A DNA stretch of 39,738 nucleotides from Perkinsus chesapeaki ATCC PRA-425 (lineage: Eukaryota; Protista; Perkinsozoa), in NCBI GenBank assembly GCA_013115145.1, contig JAAPAO010000321.1, forward strand, positions 1-39,738. The letters run 5' to 3'. The translations under genes were made by a program, and so were the position numbers. This document shows positions 19,694 to 30,346 of this stretch, in pieces (the first letter of the stretch is position 1; each line of letters starts with the position of its first letter). The notes below the pieces were generated by a model that had not been told where the DNA came from, ran no database searches, and saw only the letters and a list, made by a program, of their open reading frames with translations.

Positions 19694-20671
19694 TCAGACA
19701 TGCCGATGACCGCCGCCGATAAGGGTTATGTTCTCGTCGATCCAATCGAGGCCTTCTTTGATCTCCTCCGGACTCAAAACTCTCTTGGGCCGAAAAGGTC
19801 CATCTGTCGACATCAGCCATTTTTTCAAGGCAATCATAGCCGACAAACTCTTAGTGTTACCAAACGAGCAAAGATAGCGAAATGACGACATAACGTCATC
19901 AACTCTTCCACAGGCGTTCCTCAGAATCTTTCGAGGATCGTCGGGCCTTGACTCTGGAGGGTGACTGCTACCATCAGGAAACTGATGGCACTCTCCGTCG
20001 GTTGACCAGACCTGAACATTACGGCCCAAGCGGTTGAGCGCCGAGTGTGTGATAGGATCGATGGGAGTGTTTGTGGCTATCTCGATAGGACCACCGACGG
20101 GCGAGGAACAGAGGGCTTTAAGGATCGGATGGTTGGATGCCATCAGCGCCTTTAAGTCCGACCGCACCAATTTGACACCGAAGCAGTCACGTAATTCCTG
20201 CAGTGTTAATTCAGTCGAACCGGAAGGGGATGTGACGAGTCCGGTGGATGAAGCAGCCGCTATGCGGACCAGATGCCGATGAGTCCATGGCACACTAAGG
20301 GAAGGGTTAAAGATGGCGTCGAGAAGAAGGCCTCGAGCAGTTCCGATGGGGAAGGTGTCCATCAACACATCAAACGACTCGGGTTCGATCCTCACCAGCG
20401 GGAACTTCCTCATCAACTGTCCACATACGATAAAGCGCCAACTATCCTCCTTCTCGAGCGCCTTCAAACCAACTCGTATGCTTACTTGAGACAGACCTCT
20501 CGGATGGCTTCTTTCCAATACACCAAAACACCTTAAGGCCTTCTGGCATTCCCCGATTTTGCCGTACAACTTCACCGCGAGCGTCATCGCTCGAGAATCG
20601 GCAAGTTCTATTGAAGATTCAAACAAAGCTAGCGCTTGTTCTTGGCGACCCTTCAGCATCAACTGCTTCAT
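19694..20671 (-). CDS. Hypothetical protein with PPR-like helical repeats (frame open upstream to about 20854)
   Basis: ALALFES...DSRAMTLAVKLYGKIGECQKALRCFGVL resembles a PPR motif. The first in-frame ATG is at 20671. Confidence 0.55.
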   Translation of the reverse strand: MKQLMLKGRQEQALALFESSIELADSRAMTLAVKLYGKIGECQKALRCFGVLERSHPRGLSQVSIRVGLKALEKEDSWRFIVCGQLMRKFPLVRIEPESFDVLMDTFPIGTARGLLLDAIFNPSLSVPWTHRHLVRIAAASSTGLVTSPSGSTELTLQELRDCFGVKLVRSDLKALMASNHPILKALCSSPVGGPIEIATNTPIDPITHSALNRLGRNVQVWSTDGECHQFPDGSSHPPESRPDDPRKILRNACGRVDDVMSSFRYLCSFGNTKSLSAMIALKKWLMSTDGPFRPKRVLSPEEIKEGLDWIDENITLIGGGHRHV

Positions 20672-20991
20672 AGTGGACACCAGAGCAGGAGGTGGAGGAG
20701 GCCGCCGCCATTGACCGCCGCCACCGGCGTGCGCATGCGTGCTGGCAAAACTTCGTATCAGATAATTGCTAAGTGGCACAGAGCAACGGCGCCGATACTT
20801 CAGAGGGCGACCGAGGTAGGCAAGCAGAATCAATACGTCGTTGATAAGAAACAATAACTGGGGCTAAGAAATTAAACACTTTGACAAACTCAAATCGATT
20901 CAAGATAAAAAGGATATCCTCTTCATGACGATGGTGACCAGTCCCAAACCCCCAAGGGAAAGGGTGTGCGTAAATATCAACAACCATTACA

Positions 20992-22424
20992 TTAACCCAA
21001 AACAATAGTATCATCATCAATAAACTCATATCTGAAAAAAGGTACAGAAATCGCATCGAGAGAATTGGTCCTCCGCAGCGGCTTACGTGGGGACTTCCAT
21101 ATTGAGAGGAGCCGGACCTAGCCTGATTCTCCCGGAATGATCGTAATGGCTTCCATGGCACGGACAGAAGTAGCCACCATAGAGACCTTGGTCGGGGTAG
21201 GGGACACAACCAAGATGAGTACAGACGCCCAACATAATTAGCCATTCAGGCTTCTTTACACGGTCCTTATCGCGCTCGGGATCTCTCAAGCTGTTCACAA
21301 TGGCATCATCAGCCACAGCAGCATCGATCATAGCCTGGGTACCTGAGCAGGTTGAGTTAGTATATATCATGCAAGCTTCAAGGTAAGATATCCTTCTTAC
21401 GTCTTCTCACAAACACTGGTTTCCCTCGCCACTTGACCACGAAGTTTTGCCCCGGTTGAATCCCTCTTAAATCGACTTCAATGACACCAGCAGCAATTGC
21501 ATCACGCGCCGGCCAAAGCCCATGGACAACCTTCACAACAGCACCTGGAAAAGATTCCCTGCTGAACTGGAAGGATCAACTTCGTACTTCTCAGGAAGGC
21601 CAGACCGATGAGACCAAACATGCCAGTCGCGAAATAATGAAAGGGCCGGCGATCAGCATGCCAGGTCGGCAGACGCGTGTGGCGGAAGTCTAGGTGTCCC
21701 TCCGGAACGCAGGTATCGGGACAGGGAATGTTCTCGGCGTACCCGACCGGGCGGAAGTTATCAGGGTTGAACCTGACTTATACGTAAATGTACTGAGGAA
21801 GGATGATTCCGACCTTGCTATGGACAAGATGGCTGGCTCGCCCTCCTTCTTCCAGACATCAGTACGAGTCACGTTGGCACCTAAACACTTCACAGTGGAG
21901 GTTATTAAGTTAAGGAATGCCTACCAGCGGCCAACTCTCCCTTGGCAACATCTGGCTTCCTCGGGAACACGGGCTCACGGAGGTGCTCGTAGTGACAATA
22001 AACGTATCTTAAAAAAATATAGTAAGATATAGCAAGCCGGTCGTAGCGGACATACTCGCCCCAGCCCCTCATAATGTGGGGGTCGCCTCGGGTCTGCATT
22101 AGCTTGCGAGTGTCGTCAACCTAATGGAAGTTTCAACTGCACTAGTGTAGGGAGCATAGGGCCTACTGGAGGGTACTTCTCCGTCTTCTCGGGATCGGGG
22201 AACTCGGAGATGTGGTCGACTTGATCAAATCTGATAAATAATGATATCCACGCAAACAGGGATGAGCCTTACCTGTTGTACCACATGGGCTTCTCACTGG
22301 ACGGTTCAGTTCTCCAAGAATCGATCATCTTAACTGTTGTTGGGCGATGAAGGAGAACCGATGAAGTGTGCAGTAGACGGCTGCATGGGCTGTTGGACGG
22401 CCAGGACCGACGAGAAAGCAACAT
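20992..22424 (-). CDS. UQCRFS1: Mitochondrial cytochrome bc1 Rieske iron-sulfur protein, multi-exon
   Basis: CTHLGCVP and CPCHGSHYD boxes, KWRGKPVFV, terminal [12 protein letters not shown]. Presequence-like exon 1 (MLLSRRSW...). [27 protein letters not shown] matches the apicomplexan-type N-terminal extension. Confidence 0.96.
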
Positions 22425-22719
22425 CTTACTCAAAAATGGTATGGCAAATGCTGCCTAATAAAGTCAAGCGTCAACCTAAGATACCATCCGACCGAATAAA
22501 ATGCATTTGTGTCTGCGTTCACGGTATTTTCGTGTTTCAAGTCGATTACTGCAATGCCTTACCATTTAGAGTGTGCCAGATGTAAAAGGAACCTCCAGAA
22601 ATGAAAGGAAGTTAAGTTGGTAGAGCGCAAGCCTATCCCAGAGTCTCATATTCGATACGCACATAATCGATTATTCGGGCGGTCGCTAAATCAACAAACT
22701 GCGCATCTTAGGTTGACCC

Positions 22720-24529
22720 ATGCCATCAACTTCGAAAACTCTTTGTCTAACAGCTGCCAAGGGAACTCCAGTGGAGGTCCTTGAAGCATTGAAGCATCTT
22801 TCTAGTGCAGAGCTCATCGCTCGACCATATGCCTTTGGGAAGGCGCTGGGAACCGTAAGGCTTCCTTCACCTGTTCGACCGTTATGATTGTCAAAATTCA
22901 TCCGGCCTTGCTCGAGGCTCGAATGGCGTTAGTAGGTCGGAAAACATTCACTCAGTGAAATTCTAACTGTTGCTCCTTCATTCCATCTGCCTTACAAGCA
23001 CCTTTAGTGAAATGTTTAATCCATCGCTGTGGCTTAGGGAGTAGATGCCACTACCAGCCTCAGAACCGCATCTTAAGACATTTTACGGAAATACTCCTGA
23101 GTCCACCGTCAGTCCTTATAGTGTTATTCCTGGTGTACAGGTATCATACCGAAGTCGGCTCTCCTGGCGCCCCCTCGGCCAGGCATTTTTCAGCATTATC
23201 GGTTCAATCGAATGCAAGAAGTTGCCTGTGGACTTCCTTCAAGGCTTTATCGATGCAAGTGGCCCGGCTGGTCTTGTAAAGATAATCTCCGACGTAAGTC
23301 CGCAGCTGGATTCTCATACCGTATTTCCCTCCGATCAGCACCACATCTACTCCCCCCTCCGCCCACTTGCCCTCGACTGGCTCCTCTTCCACCCAGTATT
23401 CATTGAAAGCCTCTCACTGCCGGACAAGCAATCTCTGCTACGACAGTCGGAGGTTCTCTCTGCATTTCGAAGCAACACTAAGTTCTTCTCTTTGGTCATG
23501 TCGCATCATTTCAATGGCATCACGATGCCCCTACAGACGGTCGATAGCGCTATCATGCGTCTGAAGCCCTCGAGCGGCTTGGTATCTTTGGTTCACCTCC
23601 TGCTCCTGCGCGCTCGAAGGCTGTCATGGCCGGCAGAGTTGCCTGCGAACGCTTTGGTACTTCTTTCGAGGCACGCCGAAGAGCACGGTGGAGTGTGGCT
23701 GTCATTCCTGCTTGGAACTTGGAGATACCGTAAAGTCGATTCAGGTTTGCTATGGAAGGCCTGTCGCCATTTCCACGAGTACAAGGCGAAGCTGTGGTCT
23801 CATGGTGAGGCTGCTGACAGTGTGGCTGCTGAACTGGTCGGACGAACTGACGATGATATCCTCAACGGGCTCTATCGGTGCATGGTTAGGGTAGCCTCGC
23901 AGGAGCATGAGTGTCCAGGACAAGGAGAGCGGATTGGTATCATCAGTGTTATTTTGAACTCGACCGCGGCACGCGATGACAACTTCGCCGAGGTTTGTGA
24001 GTTAATTGGCAACGGACACTGTGAATGGCTCAGAGATGCTGTAAGGGACCATCCTTGCATTGAAAGGATTCTAGCGGATGAGCTCAAAGCCATCGAATTG
24101 ATCCACCGCGTCGGTCTTAGGCAAGAAGTGCTAGCGTTCGGCACGGAAGCAATCGTGCATGCGTACAGACAAACGCATTGGGCATTCCTGCGCTCTTTAC
24201 TGCTCAGCCATCCACTACAGGTTCTTGCAAAGTTGACTCCTCTACGAGTTCTCGGCCGCCCGATTGATCGGGATTTCCGTTTGGAGTTCTTGCGGGCAAT
24301 GAAAGCCTCGCCGGGCTTGTGGGATCCGTATGTGGTTAATGAACTCAGCGAAGATGAGGCAACCTGTGAGTCGGAATCTGAGCTTGAAGCGTGCATTCAG
24401 AAGTCAAGGTCGAGAGTGCCATTTATCGTATCTTCCCCAGCACAAGATGCTGAGCTGCTGGAATCGGCCGACTTCCGTCGTTTGGTTAGGATTATCAATG
24501 AGAATGCCATGAGAGCTTTGCGACAATAA
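22720..24529 (+). CDS. Hypothetical alpha-helical protein; main exon 23045-24529, putative first exon 22720-22854
   Basis: 494-codon ORF. The upstream ATG exon MPSTSKTLCL...KALGT ends at GTAAGG. No recognisable motif. Confidence 0.6.
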
Positions 24530-25131
24530 TGATGTCATTTTACCACACAAGCTTGTTTAGTTTGTCAGTAACATTGACTCTCAACTGAGTCGATTGTCGT
24601 AGTATCACATCGTCAAGTCTCATGAACGAGAGCACACAACACAACTTACCAATACATTATAGACCTAGCAGATACTGTAAATCCGTCCCATGAGCTAGCG
24701 TGGTGGAATCTTTAGTAGTAACTTGCATAATCACGTAATAGCTCTGCCTTCTGTGGAGCAGATTAGGATGGCCGAACAGCGAAAAGTGAGAGAAGTGTGT
24801 CGCGGAGAGACCCAAGATGTATGACAGGGTTGAAGTACTTCAGTGGAGAGTGCTGCGGTATAACCTAAACTCGGCACAATATAGAATGCACGAATGATAC
24901 GCAGCTTGTGGGTAAGAGTAAATGACGATTGTTACCAATTCTAAAGAGACTGAGTAGGTGTGATGTGACACGATTCCGGACGCAGTGATGCAACACACAA
25001 GAACGTACACGTTTGTGTCGAGAATCTTGCGAGTGCGAAACACCGTTAGCAATCATCAATGAACGAGTGCACTTTAAGCTTACTGTAAGTCTACATTATC
25101 TTGTTAGTTGATATATTTTACGTTATAATCA

Positions 25132-27285
25132 ATGTTATTTGCCCCTCTCTTATATCTCGTTTTATTGGTATCGCCAATCGTCGCCCCCTTCCCGGATAGG
25201 CCGGTTAGGGATGTGGTATTCGCCTTGTTTGATGCACTGCCTGGTCAAGTACAAACCGATGATATTCCTCCACCTTACAATACTCGTTTTGATGAATCTA
25301 ATGGATACCTACCAAAGGCTATGGTCTACGTTAAGTCCGTCGAGGACATTATCACTGCCTTAAAAATCTGTCATGATGGGCCTGCTCCAGTAGCTTTGCG
25401 CAGCAACGGTGGTCATTCTTATATCGGCCAGTCTACCGTACATGGTGGCATTATCATCAACTTTAGTCAACTGAAAAACTTTGAAGTGACAGTTGAAGGT
25501 GGTCGTTATATCGCTAAACTCGGTTCAGGTCTCAAAGAGCTTGAGGTTTATTCAAGACTAGCTCGTCATGATCCACCTCTAGGATTCGCTGGTGGTTCGG
25601 GCTCGACTGTTGGTATTGCTGGGTTGATTTCTGGTGGCGGTCATGGTCTATCTTCCGCTATGTATGGGCTTACCTCTGATAGGGTTGTTGCTGCTGAAGT
25701 CGTTGTCTATAATAGAGAGGAAGATAAGTTCGAGTTGGTTACTGCAACTCCGTATAACCAGCATTCTGAACTTCTATTTGCCATTCGCGGTGGCATGGGC
25801 GGTAATTATGGTGCTTTGGTCTCCCTAAGCTATGATGCTCCTGTCGTCACTAACGTCGTCACGCTCTCTAATAAAAACTTTGAGGTTAATCCAACCCTTC
25901 AAGCCCAAAGGATAAAGGCCTTCCAAGACTTCATGCACTCTGCCGAATCTGGTCCTGAGATATTCGGTATCGGTAAGTTCCTCGGCGGTGGTGGAATTCA
26001 ATACAGTGCACAATGTATTTGTGACTTGACTGGTGATTGTACTTCTTGCCACGCCAAACTTGACAAGATGGAGGCAGCTGTTGGCCTGTCTACTACCGCT
26101 CTCCGTGTAGAGCAAGATTACGGTAAAGCTATGTGGTATTGGGCTGACTGTACCGTCGACTCCTGGAATGATTTCTACCCTCCTGAAGGGATTGCCAATT
26201 GCAGTGAAGAGGATATGCAAGAAGCGATGGAGAGGTGTTGGGAATTCGACAGAGCTTTCTATGGCGGTCCTTATAAGGCCAAGTCAATCTACTTCCCTGT
26301 TGACATGAGAATGGAAGACCTTGAGTCTCTTGCTCAAGCACACGTCGATCCTCTATGCCGTTCACCGGGTGATTGTGTTACTCTTCTTGACTTCTACGGT
26401 CATGCTATGTCTGTCGAGCCTGATGAATGTAACGGCACCCATGGCAAATGTACTTCTTTCGATCACAGGACACCTGGTTGGCATATGCAAATGCTTTCCA
26501 TTTGGGAGGAAGGCGAACCTACACCTACCGACAAGCTGCAGTGGTTGCAAGAATCTTATGAGGCTGTCCTCCCGGGCTCGCTTGGTACTGCTTATCAAAA
26601 CTATATCGACTCTGATTTGGCTGAAGGCCGTCAGTGGGTTAACCAGTACTTCCCTGATGCGGATACTTATCCTCGACTTCAACAGGTGAAATGCAAATAT
26701 AATGGAATAGATATGTATAACTTCTACGCGATTGATTTGATGACAGTTGATATTGACGACGAGATATGTGGCTTTGAAACTGATACTACTACCCCAGTGA
26801 TTGATACTACTACCCCAGTGGTCGATACTACTACCCCAATGATTGATACTACTACCCCAGTGATTGATACTACTACCCCAGTGATCGATACTACTACCCC
26901 AGTGATCCATACTACTACCCCAGTGATCGATACTACTACTCCAATGATAACTACTCACGTAACTGACACGACGGTTCATCCTTCTGACTTTATTACTACC
27001 AGTGGTGGAGGCTGTGATGGAGCTGACAGGAAGTGTGCTGATGGATATCCGGGCTCGTACTGTATGTCTTACAAGAGTCCGTCAGTCTGTTGGGGGAATA
27101 ACATTCCATGTTCATGCTCATCAATCACAACAGTATCGTCTTCATCCAGCACTCATTCCATTGCCGCCACCACTTGTGATCGTGAGGACCTTCGGTGTGC
27201 TGGCTTGAGAGTTGGTTCTTACTGTAAGTATTGGTCGTCCCCTCCACACTGTTGGGGGACCTCAGAACCATGTGACTGCAGTTGA
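25132..27285 (+). CDS. Secreted berberine-bridge-enzyme-like FAD oxidoreductase with Thr-rich linker and two Cys-rich modules, intronless
   Basis: Signal peptide; RSNGGHS (FAD His); STVGIAGLISGGGHG; LFAIRGGMGGNYG; BBE motif AYQNYID...YPRLQQVKCKYN; then (DTTTPVI)x8 and two C-x6-C-x5-GSYC-x8-CWG-x4-C-x-C modules. Confidence 0.92.
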   Translation: MLFAPLLYLVLLVSPIVAPFPDRPVRDVVFALFDALPGQVQTDDIPPPYNTRFDESNGYLPKAMVYVKSVEDIITALKICHDGPAPVALRSNGGHSYIGQSTVHGGIIINFSQLKNFEVTVEGGRYIAKLGSGLKELEVYSRLARHDPPLGFAGGSGSTVGIAGLISGGGHGLSSAMYGLTSDRVVAAEVVVYNREEDKFELVTATPYNQHSELLFAIRGGMGGNYGALVSLSYDAPVVTNVVTLSNKNFEVNPTLQAQRIKAFQDFMHSAESGPEIFGIGKFLGGGGIQYSAQCICDLTGDCTSCHAKLDKMEAAVGLSTTALRVEQDYGKAMWYWADCTVDSWNDFYPPEGIANCSEEDMQEAMERCWEFDRAFYGGPYKAKSIYFPVDMRMEDLESLAQAHVDPLCRSPGDCVTLLDFYGHAMSVEPDECNGTHGKCTSFDHRTPGWHMQMLSIWEEGEPTPTDKLQWLQESYEAVLPGSLGTAYQNYIDSDLAEGRQWVNQYFPDADTYPRLQQVKCKYNGIDMYNFYAIDLMTVDIDDEICGFETDTTTPVIDTTTPVVDTTTPMIDTTTPVIDTTTPVIDTTTPVIHTTTPVIDTTTPMITTHVTDTTVHPSDFITTSGGGCDGADRKCADGYPGSYCMSYKSPSVCWGNNIPCSCSSITTVSSSSSTHSIAATTCDREDLRCAGLRVGSYCKYWSSPPHCWGTSEPCDCS
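26782..26949 (+). repeat. 21-bp coding tandem repeat x8 (DTTTPVI)
   Basis: GATACTACTACCCCAGTGATT units read directly. Confidence 0.95.
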
Positions 27286-28305
27286 TTTGATATTTGATTA
27301 GTCTCTCTCTCGAGGTTGAGAATCTTGTCTCTTTGATACGTCCGTTCGGCGAAGCTGAACTTTTAATGTAATGCGGTGATACCCAATCTAATTTTTCTCT
27401 TTCTTTTATCGTTGAGTTAATACTCAAGTGAAACTGCTCCATACAATGATGTGCCCGTGATTTCTTAGCTATCCGTTTTCAACTGTAGAGAAATATAATC
27501 TTCAGTAGGGAAGCACAATACCATATAGCAGCCATATGCATGTGCGTCTAATCGATCTCGTGCCATCTAAAAGCTGATGAAGCTGCTTCGAGCGATCGAG
27601 GTATCGCTAACCCAGTAACTACATTATTCTCCTGACCGTTATTGATCAAGTAACAATTCTTTGTGAAGTGTGACAATGCGGAGTGGATAGCTATTATAGT
27701 GTTAACTTACAGAAAACGGTATACTCCGCTGAAGTTGTCATGTCTGGAACATTGCTGGCCTCAAGAACACCGCCTCAGTAGCCGAGCTAGCTGCAGCGTC
27801 CTCGGGCCCGTACTCATCTTTCCGACGAGGAAAGGTTGCGTCTTTGCAGTCTGTAATCTTCAGACAGCCACGAATTGATATTTTACCGTTCCAGGAAGCT
27901 GGGAGCCCAGAGAGCCCCAGTTGGTTGGGACTTCCAGCCAACCTGCTGAATATTCTTCCATGTTGGAAGGGGCTAATAGCTTCTTTCTGAATTAGGAATT
28001 CTAGTCCTTGATTTCTCTTTGCTAGAATCACACGAGGGCGCCTAACCCAGAGGTAACAGGCAAGCATGTCATACCTGTCACACAGGCAACTGTGACACTT
28101 AAAACTGCCTACTATGTCGAGCTTCAGTATTAGTGAACTATCATCCCTCCATGCATACTCAAACCACTAGCTCTTTACCTTCTCTTAAATATGCTCATAG
28201 AATGTAATCATCGGTTACCGCGTATCGCCAATCATAATAATTGGGCTACACTTGATCTATGTAGCAAACGTAAACGAACCAGCTGCGCACGCATGTGCAA
28301 GTTAT

Positions 28306-28324
28306 CGACACTGACTCAGTGTCG
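28306..28324. promoter_or_regulatory. Perfect palindrome CGACACTGA-C-TCAGTGTCG centred on TGACTCA, upstream of the subtilisin; TATAAA at about 28387
   Basis: The sequence is read directly. A regulatory role is inferred from position only. Confidence 0.3.
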
Positions 28325-28451
28325 CTGAGCTTCGAGGCATACGAGAGATCGTTTGGACAATGAGGGGCCCTGAGCTTTACGTAGCCTATAAAGAACACTT
28401 CTATGCCTTTATACGAGGGTTTTATGCAGTTCTTCGGGCTACACTATCGCA

Positions 28452-29402
28452 ATGTCTTGCTTCCGTGTGACTCTGGTCCTCGTTATTGTTATAAAAGCTC
28501 TCTACGTGGCTTATCCGGATGACGAATACTATGAAAGCAAGCAGAAAATCTACTTTGAAGCGATAAGAGTACCAGATGCGTGGAAGCAGCTGGAAGGACA
28601 TGAAAGATCCCCTAAGACTATCGCCGTCATCGACACTGGTATGGACTCGACTCATCCCGACTTGAAGGACAACGCTGTGGTTGGATACAACGTGGTCGAT
28701 AAGAGCACGGATACTCGTGACAAAGATGGCCATGGAACCAGAATGGCTGGTATTGTCGGGGCAGTCATTAATAATAAGATTGGCATAGCAGGAATCACAG
28801 ACCATGTCAAGTTGATGCCAATCTACGACGGTGACACCGAAGAGGACACTTACGTTGCAGCAGCAATTGAATACGCTGTGAAAGCACATGTAGATGTTAT
28901 ACTCTACACGTCGGTACAAGAAGAACCATTCGAAGATGCGGCCGTTGCTGCTCTTCAGAGCGCTTCTAAGGCTGGCATCCCCTTCATCTGCTCGTCCGGC
29001 AATGATGGTCTTGATATATCGAAACCGGGAAATCAGCGTTACCCTTGTGAGTATGCTAAAACGATCGATGGTGTCATATGCGTGGCAGCCACTGTCATTA
29101 AAGAGATGGAGCTCCTAGAAATAAGCAACTATGCTCCCTATATCAATGCCGCCGCCCCAGGGTATGCTTTCTCTACTGATCTCAATGGCAAGTATGTTGC
29201 TCGCGCTGGTGCGTCTTGTTCTGCTGCTATGGTAGCTGGAGTAGTGACCATGATGAAAAGTGTGTCCAAAGAGCCTTTAAGTGTCCAGGCTATAAATTCT
29301 ATCATCAAAGAGACTAGCACTCCTGGGATTGAAAGGAAGGGAGTTCAAATGGACTTTGGAAGGCTGGATGCCTTGGCGGCAGTGAAACGTGTTCTGGGCT
29401 AA
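28452..29402 (+). CDS. Secreted subtilisin-like serine protease (S8), intronless, no prodomain
   Basis: Signal peptide; Asp IAVIDTG, His DGHGTRMAG, oxyanion Asn SSGNDG, Ser GASCSA; thermitase-like mature start YPDDEYY...IRVPDAW. Confidence 0.92.
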   Translation: MSCFRVTLVLVIVIKALYVAYPDDEYYESKQKIYFEAIRVPDAWKQLEGHERSPKTIAVIDTGMDSTHPDLKDNAVVGYNVVDKSTDTRDKDGHGTRMAGIVGAVINNKIGIAGITDHVKLMPIYDGDTEEDTYVAAAIEYAVKAHVDVILYTSVQEEPFEDAAVAALQSASKAGIPFICSSGNDGLDISKPGNQRYPCEYAKTIDGVICVAATVIKEMELLEISNYAPYINAAAPGYAFSTDLNGKYVARAGASCSAAMVAGVVTMMKSVSKEPLSVQAINSIIKETSTPGIERKGVQMDFGRLDALAAVKRVLG

Positions 29403-29938
29403 GGCTTAGCCTCCAAGCTCGGCTCGTCGAGAGCAATACTTCGAACGCTTCGCGTTCAAGTGGCCTGTACTTGACAGGCCCTTCAAAGTGCTATCGTTCT
29501 TCATAATAGGTAGCAGAGACTTTATTGTTCGGAAAGGAAGTAGTTGATCGTAACCTTCTTTTCGTCCTTACCACCACTTACTTGGTCAATTAGAATTGGG
29601 GCTATTTAACTGAGGGGGACAAATGCTATTACCAGCTGTCTATTTAGTAGTCTACATTTATCATTCAGATTTCCCGCCAAGTCTACCCCCGCCTGAGGAC
29701 GATTCTGTGCCAAACAAGCGACGTTCGACTCTGGTGAATATCGTTCCTCGACACCAAGGAAGGTGCCCACAAGCAGATTCCGACAGCGTTGAGATGGATG
29801 CAGGAACAAATCTATCTCAGCAGGTCCACTGTTATGTGAGGACTAAGATGCCATCTCCACGAAAGATAGACGGATAGCACAATAAAGAAATACGTTCTGT
29901 CGCAGAATCTTACGAATTACGGGAGTGGTTCCTAACGT

Positions 29939-30346
29939 ACTACTACCCCAGTGATTGATACTACTACACCAGTGATTGATACTACTACCCCAGTGATTGA
30001 TACTACAACCCCAGTGATTGATACTACTACCCCAGTGATTGATACTACTACCCCAGTGATTGATACTACTACCCCAGTGATTGATACTACTACCCCAGTG
30101 AANNNNNNNNNNNNNNNNNNNNNNNNNNNNNNNNNNNNNNNNNNNNNNNNNNNNNNNNNNNNNNNNNNNNNNNNNNNNNNNNNNNNNNNNNNNNNNNNNG
30201 ATTGATACTACAACCCCAGTGATTGATACTACAACCCCAGTGATAACTACTCATGTAACTGATACTTCATCTTTCTGCAGATGAGTGTTCTGGCTCGTAC
30301 AACAACATCGGTTTGTTGGGGAAGCACAAAACCTTGTTCATGTTAA
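29939..30346 (+). pseudogene. Orphan copy of the oxidase tail: 21-bp DTTTPVI array spanning a gap, followed by a frameshifted Cys module
   Basis: Same repeat unit and same ITTHVTDT exit as 26782-26970. GSY and SVCWGSTKPCSC* lie in different frames. There is an in-frame TAA just upstream of the array. Confidence 0.55.
30103..30199. other. Assembly gap (97 N) inside the tandem array
   Basis: N run. Confidence 1.

Noticed and set aside
20381-20393. B-box-like GGGTTCGATCCTC
   Set aside because: It lies within the PPR-like coding frame (antisense of RIEPE), has no A-box, and is a chance match.
21905-22424. Long N-terminal extension of the Rieske protein as a novelty
   Set aside because: It matches the extension already known from apicomplexan Rieske proteins. 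It is useful for taxonomy but not new.
26362-26979. Minus-strand ORF with (HWGSSID)n repeats
   Set aside because: It is the antisense shadow of the oxidase's 21-bp coding repeat.
27738-28067. 109-aa minus-strand ORF between the oxidase and the subtilisin
   Set aside because: It has no recognisable motif or clear splice pattern, so support is insufficient.
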